The position numbers and the translations under genes are program-made. This document shows, piece after piece, positions 1-13,458 of a stretch of 64,000 nt of DNA. The notes beneath the pieces were generated by a model. The model saw nothing but the letters and a program-made list of their open reading frames with translations, made no database searches and was not told the origin of the DNA. Numbering within the stretch: the stretch's first letter is position 1; each line of letters starts with the position of its first letter. Source of the stretch: Styela clava (taxonomy: Eukaryota); assembly GCF_964204865.1 (NCBI RefSeq), contig NC_135256.1, forward strand, positions 11,656,001 through 11,720,000, given 5' to 3'.

Positions 1-8
1 TTTCTCAG

Positions 9-711
9 GTCTTAGAGAAAGAACAAAGAAAGTATATTCAATGTACAGCCGTCGTCCACTGAGTGTTGTACATCAAACCATAACTGATATGGGAGTCACA
101 CACTTTGTGCTTGAGGATTCATGGTGCGTTAGAAAAACACGCGATGGATGCCAAATGCCTGAGATATGGGATTTAGAAGACGTTGAGTTCAGGGTAAGAA
201 AATTTTTTTAATGTCTGTTTTTTAAATTTTTTATATAATATGTTTGATGTAATCTATTTTGGATTTTCTTGATGATTTGGGAGTGAATGTATAGTTTATT
301 GAACCATCTACAATTGGAAAATTTTATCTTTATGTTAGTGCATGTTTGTCTGTTCAAAATTTGGATGTGTTTAGGTTTGAGATTTTTTGTTGTCGCATTT
401 AAATTAAAGATCAATCACCAATAAATAATCCATCTGTGAATAGGATGTGTGGTTCATGATCTGCAATCTTCAGAATAAAAGGCTCCGTCGTTTACTTGTT
501 CTTAAATATTTATTTCAGTTGTTTGAACCACTTATTTGTCGGTCATTTATTGCCGCATATTGCTCTATTCATGATTTTTTTTGTTTCACAGGGTCGAAAA
601 CCAGCTTGTGCTGTTGCAAGGAAAAATCCAGAGCCATATTTCACAGAAGTGTTCAAGAACAAAGTTTATACGTTACTGAAAGTCAATGAGGTCAAAGGCA
701 AAAAGAACTAG
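9..711 (+). CDS. DPY19L1: C-mannosyltransferase DPY19L1-like, last two exons (gene begins upstream of the window)
   Basis: Exons 9-193 and 592-711 (AG/GT flanked) give LRERTKKVYSMYSRR...FVLEDSWCVRKTRDGCQMPEIWDLED...YFTEVFKNKVYTLLKV...KGKKN*. This matches the DPY19L1 C-terminus as I recall it (RTKIVYSMYSRK...EESWC...GCSMPEIWDVED). It ends in a KxKxx-type ER-retrieval signal. Confidence 0.9.
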
Positions 712-3054
712 TACTAGCCATTGCACATCTGTAGCATTTCTGTGACTTTTCGATATTAGATTACCGGTAACAGATCACGTTTGGTAGTTTTAAAATTCAT
801 TGTATGTAATTTAGTTGATTTGTATTGTAACTTCCATGAGACAAACGTACTACCTAATACAACTTGTAGCATATATTTTTAAAATTCATTTTCTGGTACT
901 CTCACCGCTTGAAGCACATTTTGCGGTGTATATAAACTTCTTTATACATGCAGTATATATATATATATTTAAATATAGTTCATTAAATTTGTTTTGGTAG
1001 TCGGTGGCTCTAATTGAAATATTAGTTGTTGTAATGAGTTCAAATTAATCGGAAAATATTAAATAAATTTACACACATTATTGCATATTGAGCTATTGTA
1101 CTCATTGGAATGTGAAGGCATTCAATAGTAACAGTGGGGACAGAGATATCATTATGATGACTTTGTGAGTAAAAATTTGCCCATTTCATTTACCTCGGCT
1201 ATGCCTATGTCACGGTTTGAGTAGTATGCAAAATAACATAGAAAGTTCTGAGAGGTAAACCCCAATACTCCCTTTCGGAGCATAATAAGTATATATTTTG
1301 GCCATTTTTTATCCTGTTGCGGATATATAGAGCTCAACTGATGTTAGCAAAGCAAGTTTTGGTAACACTGAACGAGGTCTATATATACGCAACAAAAATA
1401 TACCTGGTGGCAATCATGCGTCATTTTTCTCCTATTAGCAATCGTGCCTTGTATCCGCAATAAACCTACAACAAAATGTGCACACGACAAATGCAATGCA
1501 GATTCTTTATATTACTGATGCTTTTCTTGCCTTATTTGTGGCGCTGTGCTATACTATATCAATCATCATTTGGGGTGTACTTCCCCAATTCCGGAAAACT
1601 ATACAGCAACATCCAACTTTATATTGCCTTTTTCCAGCCATGTGCATTATGTGAATGAATCATACCTTATTATTCTCTTGCAAATATTTTTGTTCAATTG
1701 TTAATGTTTATGTTGAGATTTTTCACCAGTTTGTTACACTTTAAATATTAACTTGTTTTGAATAGCCAAAGAGATTGCCTTGCACCAAAGTGCCTGATTA
1801 TCTAGTTTCATAGTGGTGTGCGGTGTGTTGAAACATGTAATCTTAATCTTCTGACAAATGTTCAATTTCGTTCAATAAACTTTGTCTTTGGAAATATTTT
1901 GTTATATGGTATTTTGGTTGAGTTTGTACCAAAGTAATCACAGATGCGAGAGAGATAAAAGACAACAGACATGGAACATGACTGTAGTGTTATTGTTAGG
2001 AAGGCATTGACCACGGGACGGCAACCATTAGCATTGAAAGGGCCATTTGAAATCCTTTCAATCAAACTGAAAGCTACTCTGTGCCACAAAATCTACTCTA
2101 AATGTCATCGACTACTAAAACTCCCGGAAAACTGATACATACAATAATCTAGTTCTTACTAAGAAAAAGCCATGGTGCAATAGTTTAGTTTTTCATGACG
2201 AAGAACCTGAAAATGAAAAAGTGTGTTTCGACAGACTTCAATCATTTTAAATGTGAACCATTTTTACTGTTCACCTATTATACTTAGTGAACCGCTGTGA
2301 TATGTAATTGGTGAAAAGTATTTGCTTTTATGCCTCTCTTTTTATTGAATGCCCCCGGCTTCTAACAAAAAAAAACTGCTGTAACCACTTTGATTATCGG
2401 GAGCCAAAACTGTGAGAACAAAGAGCCGCAAGTTGCCAATTGTGGGCTAGACCTATTGATAGTACAAGTCTGGTTCATTAAATAGCACATGTTTCGAAGC
2501 CCGGATGTCAAACAGACTTCCCCGAAACACTGGTGATCCTAGATTACAGCATCAAGAAGACTCTAGTTATCAGTTAAGTTTAGACTAGACTACTTAGGCC
2601 GACTAAACTGTGGCGATGCCAAGGTTTTAAGGTCCATTATATTAATACTCATCTTTTCTTTTCACATCAGGGAATTGTATTCACCACTCTATATTGTTAG
2701 CTCTTTGTTGTTGTTTAAGAGAAGTCATCATGTTGTATTTATCATATGAATAAACACTTTTAAGAAAAACTTAGTGAAAATTGAAAAAGAAAACTGAGCA
2801 AGGTTGTTGTTTGCTCCTGTTTGTATAGCTGAACAAGCGAGCCTTGCTTACATACTACACATACCGGTATATGTAGATTGTGATTTATTTCCATTGTTTA
2901 GTTTAGTCGGCATAGAGTAAAATACCACCAGGCATAATTACCACAAACACAATTAATGTAAACTGCTAACAAATCCATAAAATGACCAAACTTATATACA
3001 AGAAAGAAGCGAAGAGAAAATATATATGTACAGAAAGTTAGATAAGCCAAGAGC

Positions 3055-6000
3055 TCAGTATGTATGCAAAGATTGCCATGCAGTGAAAGCCGAACGGACA
3101 CCATCAAGTGAGAGAGAAGAAAGATAATTCATAAAAACATCACAAATGATAGAATTTTTTCCCCATTTTGTAGATCTGTATGCAAATGTTTCAGATGCAT
3201 GCAGAAGCAACCAGTCTGTGATGGCGACTTCAAATCCTGAGTTAGAATGATGTTGTGAATTCTCACTATTCTTTTCATTCATTGTCTGAAATGGAAGGAA
3301 AATATCACTAACAAATACATGTTAGAATTCAAATATTTCATTGTTATCAAACTAATACGAATATAAAGAAACTGCCAATTAGAATGAACAGTTTAGTACT
3401 TAATTGGTCTATCATAGTGCCGGACCTGTAAACCAAACTAAGAACCGACAAAACACGTCAATGATGCACAGAGGATCACGATAAATGGGATAGACAAGCT
3501 AGTCAAGAAAAGATTGCTAACAGGTGACAGTGTATATGATGTTCATTTAACAAATTCTTGTTGTCACATCACTTCTATAGCTAAAATTATGTACACACAG
3601 TCTTTGAATTTCATAATTGACTTGGAAAGTTCAACCATATCGAAGAAAGCTCCTCGTCTACAATCGTAGGAGAATGGTCCACCTAATATATTGTATAAAT
3701 TTTGATCTAGAATGAAAAGATTCGAAAAACCAAAACAAACCTCAAAGATAGGTCCAAACAATTCCAGATGGAGAACACTGGCAGCAACTGTGCAAGACAT
3801 TCTCTGTTAAAAACAAGATTGACAAAATAAAAATTTTGGGGGCTCCCGAAGTATGCGAACCAAGATGGCGGACATCGGAATGTAATATGTGTACTAGGTT
3901 AGGGTTAGGCCATAATTTTAGGTATAAATACTACGGGAGGCTCTTGGCTAGTCTTCGAGCTGATAATAGGGCTAAAATAAGGAAAATTGGAAAAAAATTA
4001 TCGCCTAACCCTAACCTAGTACACATGTTACAATCCGATGTCCGCCATCTTGGTTCGCATACTTCGGGAGCACCAAATTTTGTAAATTTATGAACATTTA
4101 TAATCATTTCCATTCCCTACTGCCCTTTATACACGAAGTATCGAAATAATAAATTTCAAATCTAAACTAAACTTCGAGCAACCAGTCCTTGTACGGGTAT
4201 CAAGTATTTCTCTAGTCTACTATCTGTATATCAGGTTACCTCCTTAGGGTTTTCCATTAACATCATTTGTATCAATTCTTTCATAAACAAGATTCTTCTG
4301 TCGTCATCATTTACCGCAATTTCATCGTATAGGTTGTTCCCTAATATCAACAAAAATTGATTTGAATTAGGCAAGTACCGGTAATTAGAAAAATGACGAA
4401 ATTTCAAATATTTATATCCTTACTTTCTATCCCAAATATCTCACATAACAATAGTCCAGCAGCCCATGCATCTGATTTTCTATAATCTAACACGGATGTA
4501 GAGCCAGGCTGGCATTTGGAAATCTGAAAATTAAAAACTTGATAAAACATAATTTTCATCAACTATTAACTTAATTATACTTAACTCCACCTAGTTGTAT
4601 ATATACAACATTTTTTTTTCTATTCACTGTCCTGATAAATTTTGTCTGTATAGATCTGACATGGGCAAACTACAGCATGCGGGCCAAATTCGGACCACTT
4701 GGATAATTCAATTTGGCCCGCCTGATACTGCGACAACCAAATTTTGATGTTCCAGCTAAAAAAAAAGCTTAAGGAATTTGTTGAGGTTGTGATTAAATTT
4801 AGTTTTGGCACGAGGCTTATTGTTTTCCGCTTTTGCTTTTGTAAATATTGTTCGTAATATGTACGGTAACTTTTTACGTCACACTTAAAGGGCCCCCCAA
4901 TCTATGTGAGCGAAATTTTTAGCCCCTGGTCCAAAAGCCCTGCCCACCCCTGGTATAGACCTTCGAAACGCTGACTAAACCAGTCGTTCCCAAACGAAGG
5001 TATTTTTGACAGTCTGAATGAGAATTCGATGTTTTTCTGTCGGCGTAACCCCTTCATGGAAACTACAAAGCGGCGTTATAATGCGTGCTAAGTGTTAATA
5101 GTCCTGCAAAATCTAGGTGCAGTGTAATCTCACTTTTTGTGTGTGCCATTTTTGAAGTTTTGATTGAATTTTGATTTTGAGTATGTCGGTACACTACCTA
5201 TGTGTTTGCTCTTCAATATGTTAATATTTCATGGTCTTATGAACAAATTTAGAGAATTATGAAAATACCTCTGGTGGTTGTACATATGGATTTCCATCTC
5301 TGATGTCATACTCTGAAGATGGGAAGGGAAATATCATATCTTCTTTCAACTCAGGTACATAACTGCAGCCAAAATCACCAATGACCAATCTTGGAAGACG
5401 ATCTATACAATAAATATGCTTGTTTTAAATACTCTGTTATTATATAGTTTACCTGTTATTCACATTTTTATTTTCTATAACATACAGTATATTAGTATTT
5501 GCTAGCGCGTAGTGTACCACAATGAACACATATAATTTCAGTTCCTCTTGGCAGTTCCGTTTTGTCAATAACTTTGCTGACATATCTGTCTCCTCTACTT
5601 TCAAGTGATTGCACACTACCTTACAACGATTAAATTCATTAAAATAAACATAAATATCCAGTTTGTTACAGATAGCTATGATGCATAATCATTTTGTAAA
5701 TTAATATGATACTGAAATTTATAAAGTTGTGAAATTGTATGCACTCTTTCCCAGATAAATAACAGATGACATGAACAGTATTTATATATTTAGGCAAATA
5801 CAATACATTGTAACAAAGACAATCAATTAACGAAAATAAAAGCTGTTGATTCCAGTTGGCGTATTCAATAAACTAGGACTTTGATGTGTATAAACTTGCA
5901 TAATCGTAAATCATACGGAGAAACTTTGCAAAATCAAAATTAGTAATCTTCCATTTACTTACTTAAATCGTGTTCAACTAAGATGTTATTTGATTTTAGA

Positions 6001-9000
6001 TCACGATGAGCAACATTATTTCTTTCCAAATGTGATATTCCTTGCAACAGCTGCAAAGCCAGTAGATACTTTGTTTGAAATGACAGAGACGTTTTGTTCA
6101 AATATTCCTCCAATGTACATTCATATCTGAAAGAAGATTTTCAATAAGGCAAAGCACCAAGCAACGAAATAATGAAAGGGCAACTAGCAATTTATCTGAA
6201 CAAACCCATAATGACATATAATTGTTATGATTATTTTCTGTCTAGTATGATATTTTGGGTCAAGGTTAATAAAACACTATTATTAGTGATTTTATGGTAT
6301 TATTTATATAAACCAAAGAATAAAAAATTTACAAATGGTAAAAAACTATTTAAGATAGCAAAATCTCACTGTGAAACAATAGAGTGATGCTCAAATGTAG
6401 AATAAAAAATTTACAAATGGTATAAAACTATTTAAGATAGCAAAATCTCACTGTGAAACAATAGAGTGATGCTCAAATGTAGAATAAAAAATTTACAAAT
6501 GGTATAAAACTATTTAAGATAGCAAAATCTCACTGTGAAACAATAGAGTGATGCTCAAATGTATGGGCATGAATGTCAAATGAAATATATGGCCAACACA
6601 ATGTCAGCAAAATTCTAGCCAAATGTTAGAACAATTTAATAAATATGAGTTTTAAAAGAAGCCAAATTTCAGATAAATATTGGTACCATAAGTAAAAATT
6701 AAAAAAAAAAGTTATTTCATCTACGAGTATAGAAAATTTAAACAGATTGTTCCAATAGTTTCGAGGAAAAGCAATTTTTCACATTTTCTATGAAAACAAC
6801 GCCAACAAGAACAAAAACAACAATTTAGTAAAACGACACTTTGGCAACAATATTTATCATACAGTTTCCTCCGAAACAAAAGAAATTACCTTTTCATGAT
6901 CAAAAACATTGTTGATGTTCTGCCAAATCCAACAGGCCATGCTAAAGAAGAGGGATGCCTAGTTCTGAATTCTGAATGCTCAGGAACCTTATCAATGATA
7001 GCCTGATGCACTGCCATGATGTTAGGATGTGATGGAAGACGTTTCATCCTTGCACGATTGCTAAGAAATAATCCCATAAGATAACTACTTACTTCTTACT
7101 GGATACAGATTTATTAATTTATAACTAGGGCTGGGCATTTTTGAATATCTGATAATTTCAGAATCAAATGGAATATTTTTTTCGAATCGAATCTCGAATA
7201 ATTGAAGATATGTGATTTTATGTGACTTTTTATTGTAATGTGTCCTTCAGACACATTAATTACTGAAATCAAAGATCCCAAGAGTTCGCTGAGAGTTCAC
7301 ACATGATATGAGAACAAGTTTCATCCATAACTCACTGGGGAAAAAGCGTCATATGTCAGAATTGCATTAAAAAAATATGGCTCCAATAAAAATACCAGCG
7401 GGATTCAACCTTCCGTTCATCTTCAGTCAACAAAAACAAAACAAGATGGCGACAATTCAAAACTTTCGTCTGAACTGATTCAAATAATATACTATTTGAT
7501 TTGAATATTCAATGCGAAATGCCCATGCCTTATAACAAATTCAGGAGAAATCTTGTAAAAACAAAGATAACTTGTGGTTGCGATGGTATCGCAGTTAAAG
7601 CGTTAGATCAACTGTAATCCCTATCTCATCTGGGGTGTAATAAATTGGGTAGGTAATGACAAACCAGAAAAATTCCAGTCCCAAGAAGCCAAGATAGTAG
7701 CTCCTTACATATCATTAGATGTCAGTGGCAGATTGTTCAAAAATAAAGACACGAATAAGCATTGTTAACAAAAGGAATAGAGGAAAAAAAATAACTCCCC
7801 TACTGCCCACTATGCTAACTAGTACTAAGTACACTATAGTTTTTAATTTGTACTGCAATTTAAATTATTAAATTTATTGTTCCGAAACTGTATTCATGGT
7901 CATGAGCCAGATAAACTTGATTTTTAATCATTAAAGCAATAGAAAGTAGATAAAATCATTGAATCAGGAAAAAGCACATTATTGCTATAATGCTATAATT
8001 AGAAACAATTTGAGAGAAAGAAAGAATGAAAATTTTAGTAGAGTACCCGTTTTGCCAATCTTTTGACAGGCTGGCAAGTGCACCTCTCCCACAGGTAATT
8101 AATTCTGATCTTGTTTGTCTGAAAATCCTTTGAGAATCGGACGAATCATAATTAAAAATCATCTTCACAGCAAATTCCTTCTTTGATTCTGCATAATATT
8201 ATAAAGATTGTTGGAGATTTTTTTTTCATTTTTAAAACATGGCTGACTACTAGTCAGTTATATTTTCCTACATTACGATCATTGATATGAAACGTTAACA
8301 AACTTATGAAGCCGGTAAAGAGGTTGACTATTATTTACAGAGCCCACAATAAATTTCTGGTTTTTCTCACAGAGATTGAGCACTTCGAGAACCTATTTGC
8401 TATTTTATTGGCTTTCCACTCAGCCAGGATAGGTATTAACATCCTATCTCAACCTTTTTATTATATGATACCGGACTAAAAAATGTTTCCACTTACTTGT
8501 TTTCTTAACTTGTTGCTTCGATTTTCTGATATTTGAAGTTTTCTTGATACTTGTGGGTGTATTATTTTTGTCATCACGGATTACATTCTCAGAAACATCA
8601 TTAACCTGCATAATAATTTTCAAGATCTTCATATACAAGAGCTGTTATATTTATTTTTGAGTAGCTGAACGCCCAAGTTAGTGAAAACCATTAGTACGGT
8701 ATATTATATCGCACATTACAGAAACTGCCATAACCAGATTAATTTACTATCCCGAAATATTTTGTAAGACAATATTTTGCCACATATTCCTAAATGGGTC
8801 ATGTCTAGCCCCTATTCAAGGAGTTTAAATTTGAAAATCCCGGTATTCTATGATAAAACAGAATAACTAGTTTACAGATCATTTTACAAGTTTTGAAAAT
8901 GACATCAGGGCCTGTTTGGTCATACTGTGACTCTGCGAGACCTCAAATGGTCAAAATGATTATTTTCCGGAGGAGAATTATTCTGAATTGTTCATCAATC

Positions 9001-11228
9001 AATAACCTCTGCTTCATAAACTGCTCCATTACAGCCGACTGCAATACATTTTCCAAGTTTGAAATCACTTATCCTTCCGCTTAATTTTGGCAACAATCTG
9101 ATATTTTCATCCTGGTATTTACAGTCTGCAAAGATATCCTGCGAACATATAAAGTATATGTTAGATAACAGAAGACAACGAAAAAAAAAAATAAGATTTT
9201 TTGACAAACAAACCAATTTCAGTTCTTACCACACCTTAACGATGTTTCTATTAATCATTAATGAATGAAAACTATGAACATGAACTTGTGTAATTAGGAT
9301 CATAAAAGCACAAAACTCAAATGAAAATGTGATCCCAAACAAACAAAACTATGTGAAAATATTATACTTGTGTGAAAATAAGCACACAAAAAACTTCCAA
9401 GAAGTGAAATTATAAAAAGAGGAATTTTCAAACTTATGTGAAAATAAGATCACAAATAAACTCCTAAACTCATGAAAAAATATGATCAAAAACACACAAA
9501 ACTCCAAAAGTTATTTGAAAATTAATTATAAAACACATCCCCAATTAATGCTATATAACATGAAATACACCTTAATTCCAGCACACAATCTTGTCAAATC
9601 ATCCATCCTTTTATGAAAGGCATTCTCTTCCTCCATAGTTTCTTCATGAGCTAGAAATAAAGCTGCAAATCCAAACAGGTGACCAGTACGGAGACGACGC
9701 CAGAGAAAATCCCTGTTGAAGGGACCTACTCTTCCATTCATCATCCTACCTCTAACTGACATTTGCTGTTGTATTCTTGCGGCATATCCTGGTAAAACAA
9801 CACAGATTTACAGACTCAGATATAATAGAATTTAACAAGTAGTTCAAAAATCAAAACAATGATTAGTTACAACAGCTAAAAAAAGTCCACTGTCTCAGTA
9901 TTAATGAAGTACAAAACTAACCAGTAATAGTGGTTTATTCAGTAACACTCGGGAACAGTTTATATTTTATACGATAGTGCTTGCAATTTTATTACACAAT
10001 TCACTCAAATATAGATCTACCGGTATATATAAAAATAATACAAAAATAACCCAAACAAAAGATTTAATTTGTTTTACAAGCATATGAAGTATTATTAACG
10101 AAACAGGAAAAATAATAAGCATCCGTTGCCAAATATAGCAGTAATTCAATGACTTTTTTTCACCTAAAAACTAAGATTGTTCAAATGGTTGATATTGCTT
10201 GAAAAAGTGAGCTTACTAGTTACTACAAACTAGCACTAACAACATTTAAAAACGAGAATATCAGTTGGAAACCGAAGACTTATCGATCGATAGTTAGGGG
10301 ATCCCCCAAAACAGTAACTGCAGTTTCGATTCATCCGCTCTTGTAACTTGCGCACTGCGCATCGCACACACACACTCGGCGGGTTTCAAAATTCTCTCGC
10401 TTTAAAAAAATCTAGATCACTATATCAATAATTGATTGATAACTCGCTAATTATACGACATAATTCGCCCAAAATCAATAGGCTTCTGGTCCGAGATAAG
10501 ATGAATGCACATGCAAAATCTGGAGCAGATTCAATCTCGCTTTCGTGAGATATCGCGTGCATCTAACAGACAGACATACATACATACATACAGACAAATA
10601 CCTATCAATATACTTACCGATCTTAAGATCGATAAGTAATCAATGAAACAGAATAAAAGTGCATTAATCCCACAAGCTGCTATACTGCATTACTGCATTG
10701 TCCATTGTCTCAGTATTAATGAAGTACAAAACTAACCAGTAATAGTGGTTTTATATCCCCTCAAAATCTGCTGCCTGGATACATTACTTGTAACATCAAC
10801 AATCTGAGACAGTTCGGCGGTACTTTCTGGAATTTGCTTCCTGATGGCTGAAATACATTTTGGAAAAGACAATTATGTATAAACAGTACAGCTAACAGTC
10901 CAATAAAACATGAAAGCTGATAACATTCATAGTTCGAGAATGTCTCGTTTATTTTTATTCATATACGCTGATATGCCGATGCCATCCCAAGAGCCATCAC
11001 TAACATTTTGCTTTACCTACTTATTATAACACTCGGGAAGAGTTTATATTTTATATGGTATTTTTCAATCATTTATCAATAGAAAACAAAAACAGAAAAC
11101 TTACTTTTGAAATAAGCATCTTGAAGTGTTTTTTTCACTCGCTGGAACTTTTCCCATATAGTTGTAGTGGGTCCCCTACCCCAAAAATGGGGTTGAGTCT
11201 TCACGAAATAATTCGCAAAATTCTTCAT
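3055..11228 (-). CDS. PINK1: PINK1 mitochondrial serine/threonine (ubiquitin) kinase, about 12 exons
   Basis: Phase-consistent exons, approximately: 11228-11105, 10846-10787, 9788-9571, 9138-9007, 8605-8497, 8188-8047, 7061-6889, 6126-5963, 5402-5269, 4523-4424, 4340-4240, 3803-3741, 3285-3055 (boundaries may be off by a few nt). Motifs: basic N-terminal presequence, hydrophobic segment HLFGFAALFLA, IAVGCNGAVYEA, AVKMIFNYDSSDS, LPSHPNI, GFGRTSTMFLIMK, HRDLKSNNILV, DFGC, DYRKSDAWAAG, AASVLHLELFG. Confidence 0.92.
3839..4074. mobile_element. Palindromic MITE with GG...CC termini and 8-bp TSD (Merlin-like), in a PINK1 intron
   Basis: About 80-bp inverted arms containing CAAGATGGCGG and TTAGGGTTAGG. 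TSD AAATTTTG at 3831-3838 and 4075-4082. Confidence 0.85.
6317..6562. repeat. Tandem repeat, 3 x 82 bp, in a PINK1 intron
   Basis: Unit agaataaaaaatttacaaatgg...gatgctcaaatgt starts at 6317, 6399 and 6481; the copies are near-identical. Confidence 0.95.
7126..7532. mobile_element. hAT-type MITE (TAGGGCTGGGCA termini); same family as 22229-22559
   Basis: Left end tagggctgggcatttttgaat, right end aatgcccatgcctta; internal similarity to the 22.2-kb copy. Confidence 0.75.
9977..10692. repeat. Copy of segment 12926-13243 (downstream of the kinesin stop codon) inside a PINK1 intron, split by an insertion
   Basis: gtgcttgcaattttattacacaattcactc...aacatttaaaa (9977-10250) and atcaatgaaacagaataaaagtgcat...tatactgcatt (10639-10691) are contiguous at 12926-13242. 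Confidence 0.9.
10251..10637. mobile_element. Non-autonomous Helentron/DINE(HINE)-like element
   Basis: Absent from the paralogous site at about 13190 and inserted in an A/T run with no TSD. Sub-terminal inverted repeat ACTTATCGATC (10278-10288) / GATCGATAAGT (10627-10637), terminal hairpin 10612-10637, short palindrome GGGGATCCCC, and a CAGA/CATA microsatellite at about 10567-10600. Confidence 0.7.
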
Positions 11229-13458
11229 GTTTTAAAGTATCGTCCTATCAATCCACAACACTCCCTAGTCAGGTTTTGTTCACCAGACTAGGGATGTGAA
11301 TTTGTGTATATTTTAAACAACTCCAAAACTAAAGAAATCAAATAAGAGCATTAGTTAAAAAAGCATCAGTATAATAATGGATACAATACAAGCAGTAGTG
11401 CATAAATTCAGAACCCAATAGTTCAACTGCATTACTTCAGAAACAAAACGTAGGTAATGCATATGTTACTACATTATTTCAAACAAAAAATGTTACAAGA
11501 TTACAACACGTAAAGGCTGATTCAACTTCTATTAAAAATGAAATCGGCTAACCAAAAACATTACTACATGGCAATGCTAAGTTATGCCACAATATAACTA
11601 TTTTGATACTCTAATACTGAGCACCTAATCTGTCATAATTTGGTTAGGACTACTGTTATGAGCATGACATGAGCTGGGGATGGCAAACCTTTTTTCACTG
11701 AATAGGTCCGGCATTATACTTTTATAATGATAAAGAAAACGAATGAACGGGCAATTGATTTTATGAATGTCAACATCAATGAGAAACATAGTGGTGCATT
11801 ATTTCAATAATCGCCGGTGCGTGTTGAATAAGTTTTTATAACCTTACTACAAATTATTTTATCAGTGGAGTGTTCAAAAACATGGCGGGCCACACTGGTT
11901 CACCATCTCTGGCATAGGCACTCATACCTCAGACAAATACTCATTAAACATTTTTTCATTAGAAGAGGCAAAACAGTAATGTATAAAGTACCAATTTGTC
12001 CGAGCAGAACTTCTTAATTTATGGTAGAAAGAGGACTTTAAAGCAAGAACCCCAAACAAAAAAATAATTTTTAGTTAAAGAACCAAAAAAATTATTTATT
12101 AAGCAAAAATACAGCATGTATGAAAAAATAACAAATTCAAATTGCCTTATAGTTAATGAATAGAATCTTATATTGTTTCTGAAAATGCATGCTGTCTTCG
12201 GTTTTAATTAGAAAAATAATCTGTGACCTTAACAGATAGGGTTTCTCCCTTCCTAAAGTTTATAATACTTGGTGAAATATATGAAGTATCATAATGATAA
12301 ATAGCATGCACCGTGGTGAAAACGTGTTCAGTCAGACTCTGCAATTATAATATTGTTTGACTACACAATGCAGATATAAGTGAGCATAAAATATTCCTAC
12401 TATTCAGTGGATATAAAGTGCAATGTTATAAAACAATAGGAAATTGTGCAATAGTGTACACTACAGAAAAAAAAGCACCAAAGAATACTAAATATTGCAA
12501 ACAGGATGATATAAGCTAAGGTATAGATAATATGATTGAAGAATATGTCAGACATATTCTTAATTTTGAACAGATTCTCAAAATACTGGACATTAAGTAA
12601 ATGAATAAACCATGATTGTACCATATAATATAACCCTTTTGTACTTGCAACTGTTGTTAAAAAAATTATGTGTAAAATACCTCAAAAATAAAATGTAAAA
12701 TCAAATAAAAAATTGTGTAATTAGGCTAACGGTAGGCAAAAACAAAAATAATATTTGGTATTTTGAATAATAAGTATATGACAATTTAGTTGACTTCAGC
12801 GTAAATATATGAATGTAAATTGATAAGTAAACTAATACTTGGTTACGTTTTGAAATCTGTCTAATAGGCAGTGGTTTAACTATTGGAAACATGATGTACA
12901 AAGTTTGTGAATTATGGCAATCAAGTGCTTGCAATTTTATTACACAATTCACTCAAATATAGGTCTATATATAATCATACAAAAATAACCCAAACAATAG
13001 ATTTAATTTGTTTTACAAGCATATGAAGTATTATTAACAAAACAGGAAAAATAATAAGCATCTGTTGCCAAATATAGCAGTAATTCAATGACATTTTTTC
13101 ACTGAAAAACTAAGATTGTTCAAATAGTTGATATTTCTTGAAAAAGTGAGCTCACTAGTTACTACAAACTAGGACTAACAACATTTAAAAATCAATGAAA
13201 CAGAATAAAAGTGCATTCATCCCACAAGCTGCTATACTGCATTGTAATATACAAAGTGTGCATTATTTTTGTAAAATAAAAATAAGACGTCGGCTAGGAT
13301 TGACATACAGCAACGATGATTCAATAGTGGTGGTATTGAATATGTAAAATTTCTTAATGTGCCAACAATATATAACGGTCATACAAACAAATGATATAAT
13401 GAACAATTACTGTGATAAAATGAAAGATTAATAATTGAAGACTAAAACCATTACAGGC

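Noticed and set aside
3836-4113. Mirror-image ORFs on both strands
   Set aside because: Artefact of a palindromic MITE.
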